A stretch of 35,382 nt of DNA from Octopus bimaculoides (lineage: Eukaryota): assembly GCF_001194135.2 (NCBI RefSeq), contig NC_068984.1, positions 103,194,380 to 103,229,761 on the forward strand, given 5' to 3'. The notes under the pieces are model-generated. The model searched no databases. It was not told the origin of the DNA and saw only the letters and a program-made list of their open reading frames with translations. Position numbers and translations under genes: made by a program. Below, in pieces: positions 10,491-21,574 of this stretch (positions are counted from its first letter, which is position 1; every line of letters begins with the position of its first letter).

Positions 10491-10798
10491 CTAGCTGGCC
10501 CCGTGCCGTCAAAAATGACGGCTGCTTGTAGTATTTTATATATGAATATGGATGGTAAATCAAATTAATACACGTGTCAATGTTCACATACATTCACATA
10601 CTTCCCTTGTATTCGCATACACATACACACATATACTCCCACAGAGTTGAAACGCTGTTTGAGTTTTCTTTTCAGCGTTGAACGTTCACCATCCCAACAG
10701 TTTGCCGTCACCCTTTCCTTCCTTATTCATCTATTACCTCTTCCTTTCTCATTCATATGTTGTAACGGAGACAAACACTAGAGTATTATCATAGTAGA
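10491..10798 (-). mobile_element. Complete non-autonomous Helitron (308 bp)
   Basis: On the minus strand: 5' A|TC at 10799|10798, GC-rich hairpin GCCGTCA-tttt-TGACGGC (10505-10522) 10 nt before 3' CTAG|T (10494-10491|10490). It sits between A and T with no TSD, i.e. all canonical Helitron hallmarks. Confidence 0.8.
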
Positions 10799-12317
10799 TA
10801 TTTGTATGATATAATTCATTGTGTCGCCCAAAGCATTTTTATTTAACACTTAAAGCATTCTCTTACGTCAAACCACTTCAGTGAACAGGTCAAGTGGCGT
10901 TTATTACATTATCTCTATTCGAATAAGCCACTTAACTGAGCGACCGGACAATACATGTATATGCGTGTAATATGTATGTGTACATGTACACACATACATA
11001 CGCGCTTACACATATACACACATACGTATAACATAACATCGCGGTTACAAGAGACAGAAGACGAATCACATGACATCAAAATACTAAATGAACAGAGCTA
11101 GAAAACCATATAAACGTTTGAGTTGTGGTGTTGCTCTCGGTTCATGGTGGCTTACTGATTTATCAAAATTTTCTGGAATTCCACCTGCGGTTTTGTGAAA
11201 TTAAAATGATTTTGTTTAAAATGAGTTTGGGATATATTTTATGTAGGTCATGTCAACTGATAGCAGAAAAAGGACGTAACTTGTTAAGAGAAGTCTTATG
11301 TTGAACTCGAACTCTTTAGCTCTCAATAACTGTTAGAAATTAACACCAGATTATTTTTACTGAATAAATTCATGTTTGATGTAAAGTATTAAATTATTAA
11401 CAGAAGCCAAGTTGCATGGAAATTAATTTATCTGGATTGTTACTATGGTTATTTATAGGGTATTGATAACTGTTAAAAGAATAAAGACTAATATTTGATC
11501 ATGACTAATCATTGTAATAATAAGGTTGGTTTCTTTGAATTTCTTAAACTTATCGCTCAGATCCAGGCAACATTCCAATATCTTAAAACAATCCAACGTT
11601 GAAACAAAAGACGAGTTTAATTCATTCATGGGGTGAATTTCTCTTAATCTTAAATTGGTATCCATTTGTTTTCGTCCCATGAGAACGTTTAACTATATTT
11701 CTTACGTAATAACTGAATAAATATACAGCTGAGTCATAAAGTTAGAAAAAAGATGTTATAATATTGGTCAATTATTTTTGAGTAGAAACAAAAGTATGAT
11801 AACCATTTTTGTATCTCCCAGCCAAGCATTGTAGATTTGTAGTTGAAACGAAATCATGAACATAGAAAGGAAATACTGATATCGGAAAGAATGTGTGAAT
11901 AGCATGCTTAGTACAGTGTCTTAAGCAGAAACTACAGAGACATATGAGAAGAGAACGAGAAATAGATGCATCCAGTAGGTTTTAGTGCAAATGAGTAAAA
12001 ACCGCCAAAGTAGCAGTAGAAAAGCCAGTGAAACACTGAAAAATCTGACTTGAAGGATGGTGAGATACTATGCTCCAATGGTAAGAAATGTGAAATTAGT
12101 AAACTATTTTAGTGCTTTTTATTAATGCTGTGAGTTTGTGAAGAATTCAGTGAAGCATCCTCATTGCTTCACTCCAAATCTATAATTAATTTCTCATGAC
12201 TAGGCACAAGGTCAATTTTTTTCAGTTGGTATAATCTGTTTATTGTTATTACACTCTTCATTCCTCTTTCTCTTTGTATATTATTAAAACAAGTCACTGT
12301 AATATACTGGTATATAA

Positions 12318-12425
12318 TGCTAGTATTTATTTTGTTCATTTTGAAGGATAAACAGCGAAGTAAACCATCAAAAAGATTGAATTTTAATGTGGAGAAACGA
12401 AACTAAATACTGTACGATATTTAAA
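12318..12425 (-). mobile_element. Very degenerate SINE family B-like relic
   Basis: tagtatttattttgttcattttgaaggataaacagcgaagtaaacc...aactaaatactg is colinear with the family B body at low identity. Confidence 0.35.
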
Positions 12426-13213
12426 CAGCTGCACAAACGTTTTTGCCAAAATATTGAATAATTTAAGCGATAACTCTGATCGTATCAGCATATTAAGTCA
12501 TTTTAAACTTCATTAAATATGTTTAATATCATTATTTTCATATTTGCAGTTCAAACGATATCTCTCGCTAGTTGCTAAATGACCTAAATATTTTGCAATT
12601 AAGAAAGAAATCACCAAATCATGGAATCCTAAAATGATTCAGTGAGCGGGAAATATTTGTGTCATGACACCCACATTCTAAAGACAACTTCGATATGAAT
12701 ACAGAAAATTTTTGGCAAAATTATAAACAGGCACCCACATAGAAGTGGGATTGGTACGAATTGTTTTTAATTATCTTTCATCATATTGCAACTAAATAAA
12801 TGGTTGAGATACGGGATGCGGTAACAGTTAATTCATTTAACGACTCGATGAGTTTTAATGAACTGGATAAAAGAAAGTAATATTCCGTGTGCAGAGTTAA
12901 AAGTGTAATTACAATGTAGCTACCGGGAGAACACTGTCATTTATGTGCATGACATTCTGACTGCTAAACAGTAGGTGATATTGCCAAGAAAATTAAAGCA
13001 TTCAATAAATTCACAAAACATTGATACGTGATTGTTAAATATATATCGGTAACGGGTTTTCATGTGCTGTTGCCTTTTGTGTGTGTTTATCAACGTGTGC
13101 TAAATGGCAACATTTGACGATTTTTATGTCTTCTTTTATCAGGAACCGCTTGGCGTATTGGTGAACAGTCGACGGCGTTGAAGAGCATAAAGATTAAAAC
13201 TGTAGTTGATAAA

Positions 13214-13915
13214 AGTTAGCTGACAGGGAAAACTGGAAGCCATCTAAATATTGGAAAAGAGTTAGCGATATCATGATGATTCGTGCCTTTAGGATGTACA
13301 TGGACAACTGCGTACATGGCGACTACGAAGCGGTGGCCAGCAGGAAGGGGCAAAGCAGACGTTGTGACTGCAACCGTAAACCAGAATACATCCCCACATC
13401 TTTTGCTCAATTCAGACAGCTATATGAAGCTGCTGGAGACTGGTCAAACCTGGCTAGAGAGGGTTGCTACTGGAAGGTCATTTGTATAGAAGCAGGATTC
13501 GGCTCTTTACCATACGTCCAGAAAGAGTCAGAAATGGTTGTCAGAGAATTTTCACGGCTTCACAAGCCTGCATTTCTGGCTACTTAATTTCCCCGATTGT
13601 TATCTCATGGATTACTCTGCGCGGGCGCGATTGAGAAACACCCCAACCGTTCTGCCTACATCACCAACGCTGAGCTGCTGGTCAAGATCAAGGAGGTATT
13701 CGAAGATCTTCCCAAGGACACATTGAGAAATATATGCGCCAGGCTCCGGAGCCGTCTGTGGTGGAATCTGGCAGTTACTTTGAGTAAACTGTTATATCCC
13801 AGCCATAATCAAGTTAATATTTTTTTGATTTTTTAAATCACTTGTATTCTAGAAGGGACATTGTGTTTTCTTTCCCTTTTATGCAAACTGTCAAATTTAG
13901 CCCGAACATCCAATA
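13214..13915 (+). mobile_element. Tc1/mariner DD37D (maT-like) transposase relic with internal deletion and 3' TIR
   Basis: Reads LNSDSYMKLLETGQTWLERVATGRSFV*KQD-SALYHTSRKSQKWLSENFHGFTSLHFWLLNFPDCYLM-DY, with D at 13496 and D at 13610 separated by 37 residues. Then AIEKHPNRSAYITNAELLVKIKEVFEDLPKDTLRNICARLRSRL. TIR-like aaactgtcaaatttagcccgaacatccaa|TA at 13885-13915. Confidence 0.85.
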
Positions 13916-14574
13916 TATGTAATTATGCATTTTAGTATGTTAATTTTTCGTGTTTTCATATAAAGCGTATTTATGATTGTTCTATCGCAATAATCGAATG
14001 CCACGGTTTAGTTTGCCTGAAAGCAATATTCAGAATTCACTGCTCATTAAAAAATGCCAGCTGGATAGAACAGGCCCAGTTAAATTCACATTACTTCAAA
14101 AACCAAATTCGCCCACATGTCTATCTTTGATTTTCTATATCACATTCTAAAAGAGTAAGAAATGAAAAAAAACTGCTCAGGTAAAAGTAATCTTAAAAAT
14201 CCGGAGATTGTCATTGATTTAGTCCTCATACTCGACTGAAGCAAACAATATTTTGTCAACAGGAGGAAGTATTGCAAGACTAAAAGAAATTTCAAATAAT
14301 GCTTTCAACTGACGCACAGCTTTTCCAATATATCTGCAACTATGCTTTGGAAGCCCTTTGGTATAAAATTCGCTCTTTCCCTACATTACTCCAGCAAGAC
14401 CGACCAGTCAGCAATAATTATAAGATCAAACATTTGGTACTTTACAATAGAAAAGTGACGTACGTACAAATATATAAACAAATGATATACAGGAATACAA
14501 CGAGAAAGCCCGCAGAGAAAATGTAGCATCTCCATATACATCAACAACTGTAACACATACACACATGCATATAT

Positions 14575-14621
14575 ATACATACATACATACAGATAGATAG
14601 ATAGATAGACAGACAGACAGT

Positions 14622-14666
<45 letters not shown>

Positions 14667-14703
14667 TATATGCTTCTGCCACTACTACTAATACTACTAC
14701 TAC
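14575..14703. repeat. (CATA)/(GATA)n/(GACA)/(CTA)n microsatellite
   Basis: Read directly. Confidence 0.95.
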
Positions 14704-15001
14704 TAACAGCCTTACTTGCTGTCACTTTCAGAAGCCGGACCACCACAGACGTCCACTACCAATTGGAAAAGATCAGAAGGAAATGAAATACAGCATCATG
14801 TGATCTTTATAAGAAAAACGTGAACTTCCAGAAGTGATATAACATAAGATTAATTTTATTTTATTTTATTTTATTCAAATTATATCCCCTTTTATTTCAG
14901 CATGACTAGATCGTCTTAAAGCGATCGAAACTGATAGATGGTTATTTAATACAGTAAATACTTACTTCTTTCTATGATTAAATTCTCTAAGCATTCTTTT
15001 A

Positions 15002-15004
<3 letters not shown>

Positions 15005-15062
<58 letters not shown>

Positions 15063-15136
15063 CTTCTTCTTCTTCTTCTTCTTCTTCTTCTTCTTCTTCT
15101 TCTTCTCTGTATATATGTGTGTGTGTGTGTGTGTGT
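15005..15136. repeat. Compound microsatellite (CT)n-(CTT)n-(GT)n
   Basis: Read directly; source of the poly-K/E/R and poly-F/S/L ORFs. Confidence 0.97.
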
Positions 15137-15499
15137 ATAAAAACGTAGAATTAAAACAAAACACAAAGGATTCCGCGGTACACGTGTTTCAAGCTTTATA
15201 CACAAACAGTCGTTGCAACATTATATGAGTATATAATTGATATACAGGATGGTTTAAAACTATCTTCAGCCGCAAATATATTCTGTCCCAAGATTACATC
15301 ACAAAGAAGAAATCACAAAGAAAAAAGAAAAAGAGAGATAAGCAGGAGAGAGAAAAAGGGGAAGTCCACTTGGTATTATCCATAGTAATATGCTTATCCA
15401 TTAAATTATTATATTTACAAAAACGTTCATCGGTATTCAGAAATCTGTCCATATTGTACCACAATTCAGGGTAGAGTGAATGATAAATAAATATAACTA

Positions 15500-15960
15500 G
15501 CGCTTAAGAGCTAGAAGGAGAGGATCAAAAAAGAAGGAAGACACAATGAGAAACGAAAACATAAAAACCAAAAACATAGAAAACGTACATTTTTTCGAAC
15601 AACGAAAAAAATGAGAGAAACGAGACATGCAACATAAAAAACTTTCCCTTCATCAGTTGTCTCCTGTTTTATCTACTCCGCCTTTCGAAGGTAGAGACAA
15701 AACGCGACTTCGTTAAAACAGTCCTTCCCGCAAAGCAAATTTTGAAAATTAGGGATTTTTGCGGAGGGTGAAAGTGGTTACAAAAACAGGACAGTGAGAA
15801 CAGTAAAAACAAACGGTGAGCAGCAGTAACATACTAAAATTGGGAGCAGTAACCCATTGGTATTTGTATTCGAGATTGGTAATGGGTTAGTAGTTACTAG
15901 AGGAGTTAATTATTTTCTGGGTCTGAAGAGAAAACAGTCTCTGTGATGCAATCTTTGTTA
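15500..15960 (-). mobile_element. Probable Penelope-like element 3' end
   Basis: Carries a hammerhead-like motif (15564-15670) and a T-rich tail on the minus strand. Upstream on the same strand a frame ends SQRLFSLQTQKIINSSSNY* (15887), weakly like a PLE GIY-YIG C-terminus. Truncated by the SINE at 15973. Confidence 0.45.
15564..15670 (-). ncRNA. Type-I hammerhead ribozyme-like motif (stem II non-canonical)
   Basis: CUGAUGA (15656-15650), GAAA (15596-15593), near-palindromic stem III AAAAUG-UA-CGUUUU, UUC cleavage triplet (C at 15579). Stem I has 13 of 14 pairs including G-U, plus one bulge. The 53-nt stem II region does not close canonically. Confidence 0.5.
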
Positions 15961-15972
15961 TATTGTGACTGA

Positions 15973-16240
15973 AGGCGCATGGCTCAGTGGTTAGAGCGCC
16001 GGACTCACAATCATGAGGTTGTGAGTTCGTTTCTTGGACCGGGCTGTGTTGTTTTCTTGAGTAAGACAATTTATTTCACGTTGCTCTGGTTCACTCATCT
16101 GTAGAAATGAGTTGCAACGTCACTGGTGCCAAACTGTATTGGCCTCTCCCTTTCCCTTGGATAACATTGGTGGCGTGGAGACGGGAGACCGGTATGCATG
16201 GGCGACTGCTAGTTTTCCATAAACAATCTTGCTCGGACTT
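15973..16240 (+). mobile_element. SINE family C (tRNA head, CORE-like central segment), 3' end abutting a family B copy
   Basis: A box TGGCTCAGTGG, B box-like GTTCGTTTC, and ttcttgagtaagacaatttatttcacgttgctctggttcactcatctgtagaaatgag. Confidence 0.85.
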
Positions 16241-16447
16241 CAAATCTTGGCACAAAGCGAGCAATTTCGGGGAGGGGGTATATCGATTACATCGTCCCCA
16301 GTGCTCAACTAGTACTTATTTTATCGACAACAAAATGATGAAAGGAAAAGTCGACCTCGGCGAAATTTGAACTCAGAACGTAAAGACAGACGAAATACTA
16401 CTAAGCATTTCGCCCGGCGAGCTAACGATTCTGCCAGCTCACCGCCT
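16241..16447 (-). mobile_element. SINE family B, near full length
   Basis: Full colinear match to the other family B copies. Confidence 0.92.
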
Positions 16448-16473
16448 CAATTTTTCCAAATATTAATGTCATT

Positions 16474-16700
16474 AGAAAAAGGTGCATGTGTTCAGTAGGA
16501 CACTGTTGAGGAGCTAAGCAGGAAGTCATTAGCGATGCATATTTGTATACACCACAGACCTTCCAGCAAAGACCTTCTTCAACCAGCTGTGTAAGGACAC
16601 AGGATATAACCTTGCTGATCTCCTGAGTGCTATGCAGTATCGGAACGAATGGAGTGATCGAGTCGAGAATATCCGAAAAAGTTCAACCACATGATGCTGT
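16474..16700 (+). mobile_element. RTE-clade LINE 3' end (ORF2 C-terminus)
   Basis: GHC*GAKQEVISDAYLYTP, then after a frameshift LPAKTFFNQLCKDTGYNLADLLSAMQYRNEWSDRVENIRKSSTT* (stop 16692-16694). This is a typical RTE C-terminal pattern. Confidence 0.75.
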
Positions 16701-18984
16701 ACTACAGAACATTTCTCTAGATTTTCCCAAATACTGTATGTAATAGAAACATGCAAACATTTTGTATTTATCCTGTGAGAGAAAGTTTGAACGAAGTGTT
16801 GGTATTTCTGAAATAACCTATTACCCTTATTATTTGCCTACAGAAACACACTTTATACATCCAGTATTACTAACGGCCTAAGTAGAACAGACCGATTCAT
16901 ACGGGATAACATTGTTTTGTTTCTTTTTTTCTTAGCAGCAGAAAGTTTCATTAATAAATTGCTCGTGCATTAACTGTGTTTTATCTCAAAGCTGTACTGA
17001 TACGTATTAACCAACCCTGTATTTAAATGATGATATTGTATATAAAGACTAAGTGTTTACATGGTGTCTAGCAGAATATAGCATTCGACCAAAACGCTAT
17101 TAACGCACCAGTAGTTTACATATATATGTGTGTGTGTGTGTATATATATATGTATATACATATATATANNNNNNNNNNNNNNNNNNNNNNNNNNNNNNNN
17201 NNNNNNNNNNNNNNNNNNNNNNTATATATATATATATATATATGATACTTATGTGTATCTATGTGTATATGTATGCGTTTATTTATTTATGTACATACGT
17301 ATTATATTTAGACATTTATGCAACCACACACGTACTAATAGTAAGGTTTTCCATTAAATTCACCAGTTTCTGCAGATAACAATGTAATATATTATAACGG
17401 TTGAATCAATACTTCTGAATGCAACGATCAAGTGAATTCATGGCATGAACAACTGCAGTAATAAAACCAACAAGTAGTCCATAGTGTCCTAGTGGAAAAA
17501 AAAAAGCTGTTTCGAAAGGAATAGTTCAAATACTTAATGTGGAGTATCGAAATAGAATATCGAGAGACCTTGAGGCATAAATTGACATTCACTTGAAGCA
17601 TGTAAATACTGGAACCATTCCAAACACTACACTACTAGAATACAATACTCTACTAAGTTATATCTCGAGGCTATCACACGCTATATATAATATTTTGTCT
17701 ATCAATATTCCATAAAACAGTTTACTACAACAACAACAACAACAACAACAACATTGTTACGACAGCTGAAAGAAGCCTGCTCATAAAAATGCTAGAAATA
17801 TCAGATAACGCGAAACCTTTGGCTTTAAACTACTTTGAAAATATGTTTGAGTGATCTTAGGCTTTTAGGTAAACGTCAATGTATGCAACTCAAAGATATT
17901 TGAGCAGTTTGAAAAGGTTGATAAATATAGTAAGTATAGTCCATTTCATATCTTTGAGAAACGAGAATGGTATTCATGGTTGATTTTCTTTTGCCGTAAC
18001 TTCAAACAGATAGTGAACAACTAACAGAATGGTATAGAAGGATTAAATATATTTTGAAACGTATTTGATTTTCCAAATTGCTTGTTGTTGAGGAATGGAT
18101 TAAGTAAATACAGGGATCGAAAAGTACGCGTTACAAGTAATGCGTATATACACACGCACGCGCGTGTGTGTGTATGTATGTATAGGGATTTTGCTTTAAA
18201 TATATTATGGTAGTATTATGATATATTCTTAACTGAAATCAAATAGGGAATATAGAATAAGAAATAAAGAATTTCATTTATTCATATAAAATTTCATAAA
18301 CAAATCTTTAAAGCTAAAAACAAATTGAAATTAAAATAAGTTCAATGTGAGTTCGAATTTTAATACAAGAATCAATTCAAACCCTTTTTTTTTTTTAAAT
18401 TTTAGAATGTTTTAAAAGGTTTCTGCATTTCAAAATATTTATTTACTTATTTAGAATACTAATTCCAGACCGAAAAGCTAAGAAAAACAAATACAAAACG
18501 AAAATTTGAATCGCGTTTCATAGCCGCTTGAAGGAGTTGATAATACTACTATATTTAAGGATATTAGGAATAGCAATGGCTTCGTAGAGATTTGTATCGT
18601 ATTCGAGAGTAATTCTTAGATTTGCCATAACTAACAACTGCCTTCTCTATTCTATGATCTTTCAAAATGTCTTTTAAATTGGTTTCTTATTATTAATAAC
18701 TTATAAAATGCCTTGGGCAGTGTCTATTAGTTTAAGTTAGGAAACTGGATGATCAAATGAAATGTTCGCCAGAGTTCGGTTCTGAGATATATAGGTTATA
18801 CATGTACTGGCTTCAGAATAATGACTTATTTCATGATGAATTATTATTACACTTCAGTAAAATTGAAAAATAGAAGGATGGTGATAAGTATTTGGTTATT
18901 TAAACCACCATCAGGACTACAGCATATTTAAAAATAAGATTCAAATTTTGCTGTTTTTCGTTTTCTTTTGTTTTTGGTTTTCTT

Positions 18985-19051
18985 AACTCGTGCTGACGAG
19001 ATGTAGAAAAGACAAATATCGAAATGGAGTGCAATGCCGGTCTGTGACGTT
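18985..19051 (+). ncRNA. Degenerate type-I hammerhead-like motif
   Basis: CUGACGA (18993-18999), 5-bp stem II GAUGU/AUAUC with G10.1-C11.1, GAAA (19021-19024), GUC triplet at 19040-19042. Stem I is rich in G-U pairs and stem III is poor. Confidence 0.4.
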
Positions 19052-19326
19052 CAGTGGGCACTACTTATGAAGAAATAGATAATCGAATTAAATTTTTGAT
19101 TAAAGATTTTAGTTGTGGCCGTTGTGCTTTTGGTTTTTATTTTTTTATAAAGAGATATTTAAGATTTAAAATATTGTTTTCGTTTTAAAAATGTTATTGT
19201 GGGAGCTCAGGGGAGAAGATATGTCTTGTTCATGTGAAGCTTTTCTTTTTCTTTAACGAATTTATAAGTGGCCTGTACCTTTGACACAAAGAAGAAACAA
19301 GAGGAAGCATCGACCCATTCTCAGTG

Positions 19327-19510
19327 AAGAACAGCAACCAAACCTACTTTGAACCTTACACTACTATCTTCAGACAAAGTGGACACATTGAATAGTGTAG
19401 TCCTATATACGCAATGATAGTAAAAAGATAGTATTGTTACTAATAGGAAACGTTTGATCATAGACCTGTATTAACATGGATGACTCGGTGTTAAAGTACA
19501 ACAACAACAA
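19327..19510. repeat. Unclassified dispersed repeat, inverted relative to 29040-29210
   Basis: The reverse complement contains ggtctatgatcaaa and gtatataggactacactattcaatgtgtcc. These loosely match gacctatgatgg and gtatatttcggatcacatcatacaatgttc at 29040-29210. Confidence 0.35.
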
Positions 19511-20549
19511 TACGAAAAAATTAGCCTTCACAAAAGAATAAGAACAAGCATAACGATCAGAATTGCATGTAAATCGCGTGGCCTAATGATTAGGAGGGTT
19601 CAGACCAACCGATGGTTAACTGTACTTTGTAACTCTTAACATACTTTAATACTTTGTTCTTGCCTTTCTGTTTCTCGTTGATTAAACAGTAAATCTCACC
19701 GAGTAACAATTTTTTTTATTTTATTTTATTTTATTTTATCTTTGGTCTGTAAGTCTTATCTCCTATTTGTTTCTCTTCAAACTTACTTTTATGACCTGGA
19801 CATCCATCAATGTTATGAAACTGAACTATTTTCCATTACATAACTGACAGTTTCAGCGCCGAATTGCTGAAGCAGGAATTTCATTATAGCAAACGTTTTG
19901 CTCAATATCACAAATTTGCTTGTCAGATGTTTACCTTAACAACTTGAGCATGTCCCTTTGTGGTTGGCTGACAATGCGTGCATTTCCGATCGTGAGCAGA
20001 AATAGTGGGGGAGCATCATAGACATGAGTTGAGGAGGATTCTTTGGGGTTTGAATAAATGTAAGAAAAGCAAAGTTTGGAGGAAATATTAGCCATATTTC
20101 ATACTTTCTAGGGGTAAGCAAATAAGAAATAACAGTTGCTACTCAAGGACTAAAATCGCGATATCCAGTATTATTAGTCATCACGTGACAGAACAATCTA
20201 TATTACATTCCACACAACTTGACAATGTGATCGCTATTTGATTAGCTGTTTCGATTGTTTTATAAAATAGATACGAAATAATTATTTCCCTCAATCCCTG
20301 GGGAATACGATTTTAGGAATTCGATTTTGTTTTGCTGTTTTTTGTTGTTTTTTTATTTGTTAGAATATAAAATCTGTTTATATATGCACGTGTGCACAAA
20401 TACAAATACACATTCATTCACATATACCCGCATGATGTACTTAGACACACAAATAAATACATACGTATGTAAGAATAATATAACACAAGGATGGAGGATA
20501 ACAGGCTTTTATAGTAGATCACAACATTTGTTTCTGCACCGCATACATA

Positions 20550-20739
20550 CTTTAAGTTGCTGAGTTTTATGTTTTTATACCACCACAGAATATCATTCTT
20601 TATAATAATTTGAATATTTTAATTAATCGTATTCCACCCGATGAAACACCTACACACAGATGTTGCTGAAAAATATTCAAATAATTATAAAGAATGAACT
20701 TATATAATAGTATATGAATATAAACTCAGCAACTTAAAG
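20550..20739. mobile_element. Foldback / MITE-like element with about 70-bp inverted arms
   Basis: Arm 20550-20620 and arm 20670-20739 are inverted: terminal ctttaagttgctgagttt is perfect (18 bp) and the inner tcattctttataat(a/t)atttgaatatttt nearly so. Spacer is 49 nt. Confidence 0.75.
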
Positions 20740-21012
20740 CTGGTGTCTGATACAGAAACAAATGTCGTGATCTACTATTAAAGCCTCATATCTTCCATCC
20801 TCGTGTTATATTGTTCTTGTATTTATCTTACGCAAAGATGAGTTTCACTTGTATATCCAGCCCTAGAATATACCCCACCGTAGGATAACATGCGGTAGCC
20901 AAATAACGATATAAGACCTCTTAAATGCACGTTATGAGGTTTTTACACAAACTCTACTAGAAACATACATGCATATTCACACACATACACACACACACAT
21001 ATACATATAGAC

Positions 21013-21490
21013 GCAGGCGTGGCTGTGTGGTAAGAAGCTTGCTTCTCAACCACATGGTTCCAGGTTCAGTCCCACTGCGTAGCATCTTGGATGAGTGTAT
21101 TCTACTATACCCTCGGGCCGACCAAAGTCTTGTGAGTGAATTTGGTAGACAGAAACTTAAAGAAGCCCATTGTATGTGTGTATGTGTGTCTGTCTGTCTG
21201 TGTCTGTCTGTCTGTGTCTGTCTCTGTGTGTCTGTGTACATGTGTCTGTTGTCTTTCTGTCTGTGTTTGTCCCGCCACCACCACCACCACCTCTATCACC
21301 GCTTGACAGCCGGTGCTGGTGTATTTACATCCCCGTAACGTAACGGTTCGGTTAAAAGAGAACAATAGAATAAGTACTAGACTTTAAAAAGAAAATAAGT
21401 ACTGGGGTCGATTAATTCAACTACAATATCAAGGCAGTACCCCGGCATGGTCGCAGTCTAATGACTAAAGCAAGTAAAAGAAAAAAAAGA
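21013..21490 (+). mobile_element. SINE family A, full length with internal (TGTC)/(TG)/(CAC) microsatellite
   Basis: tRNA-like head, body to aaagaagccc, microsatellite, then 3' part ending caagtaaaag plus an A-rich tail; colinear with 34180-34586. Confidence 0.92.
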
Positions 21491-21574
21491 ATGTGTGTGT
21501 ATGTGTATACCACACATACCTCACATACCACGCACAAATATACACAAGAACACGCATATACTTATACATACATA

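Noticed and set aside
11453-11680. 75-aa minus-strand ORF in unique AT-rich DNA
   Set aside because: No recognisable motif or flanking splice signals; the length is within chance expectation.
13143-13215. Acceptor-like sites at about 13142 and 14730 and donors at about 12080 and 22340 on the plus strand
   Set aside because: Frames close quickly or phases do not chain with the 6950 exon; such signals are common by chance.
15973-16045. tRNA gene calls for SINE heads (also 7243, 21013, 34180 and gttcgaatcc at about 33692)
   Set aside because: A and B boxes are present but there is no full cloverleaf, and each continues into a SINE body or unrelated sequence.
19935-20125. Segment resembling a common repeat I recall from octopus DNA
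   Set aside because: No second copy or diagnostic motif within the window, so it cannot be supported from the sequence alone.
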